The notes below the pieces were generated by a model. It searched no databases. It saw only the letters and a program-made list of their open reading frames with translations, and was not told where the DNA came from. A program made the position numbers and the translations under genes. Shown in pieces: positions 6,806-6,915 of a stretch of DNA of 6,915 bases. The stretch is from an uncultured Gammaproteobacteria bacterium (GTDB lineage Bacteria; Patescibacteriota; Patescibacteriia; UBA2591; UBA6264). Each line of letters starts with the position of its first letter. Position 1 is the first letter of the stretch. Where the stretch lies: positions 1 to 6,915 of the forward strand of contig CAZTWG010000034.1 in NCBI GenBank assembly GCA_964617525.1, given 5' to 3'.

Positions 6806-6915
6806 ATGAATAAAATAGAACCAGAAAAAATATATACCACTGGAGAAACAATGGATATACTAAGAATCAGTAAAAGCACCATTAAACGCTGGCTAAAAAG
6901 CGGTATTATTCGTGC
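6806..6915 (+). CDS. Helix-turn-helix DNA-binding protein, excisionase/MerR-like (HTH_17-type); 3' end outside the window
   Basis: Translation is MNKIEPEKIYTTGETMDILRISKSTIKRWLKSGIIR. The segment YTTGETMDILRISKSTIKRWLKSGII matches the short N-terminal HTH pattern LTxxEaAelLgvSrsTiyRwikxGkl. This ORF is absent from the supplied track because it runs off the window edge. Confidence 0.65.
   Translation, partial: MNKIEPEKIYTTGETMDILRISKSTIKRWLKSGIIR

Noticed and set aside
1-6915. A toxin-antitoxin or anti-phage defence reading of Fic plus HD nuclease-like protein plus HTH regulator. Also a scan for CRISPR repeats, tRNA/rRNA and riboswitch-like structured leaders.
   Set aside because: The Fic gene is inactivated. 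The HD protein carries an ordinary HDIG phosphohydrolase signature with no fused nuclease, ATPase or sensor domain. It is divergently transcribed from the HTH gene, whose partner genes lie outside the window. I saw no spaced direct repeats, cloverleaf-capable segments or conserved structured leaders in the three intergenic regions.

Overview
All calls come from reading the supplied translations and the DNA by eye. No database or HMM search was possible. The window is AT-rich bacterial DNA: my hand count gives about 26% G+C for 1001-1140. It uses the standard genetic code, since TAA, TAG and TGA all end ORFs at family-typical lengths. The core is a tightly packed five-gene minus-strand operon (5884 down to 420). 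It sits behind a sigma70-type promoter and ends at a short GC-rich hairpin. The gene order is ATP-grasp ligase, Gfo/Idh/MocA oxidoreductase, GT4 (GT-B) glycosyltransferase with an extra C-terminal tail, a divergent GT-A/GT2-like protein, then a DegT/DnrJ/EryC1/StrS PLP aminotransferase. Two junctions are ATGA overlaps and two are 8-nt gaps. None of the five proteins shows an obvious transmembrane segment, and the window holds no flippase, polymerase or priming transferase. Upstream on the same strand is an HDIG-type HD phosphohydrolase with its own promoter. That promoter is back-to-back with a plus-strand promoter driving a truncated excisionase/MerR-like HTH gene at the right edge. The left edge carries a decayed Fic/DOC gene remnant with three in-frame stops, one of them inside the catalytic motif. 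I found no rRNA, tRNA, CRISPR array, transposase or integrase. The best candidate for something new is the operon itself. The dehydrogenase plus aminotransferase chemistry would make an amine on a sugar or cyclitol, the ATP-grasp enzyme could acylate or amidate it, and the two transferases could move it. Substrates and product cannot be read from sequence and remain inference.
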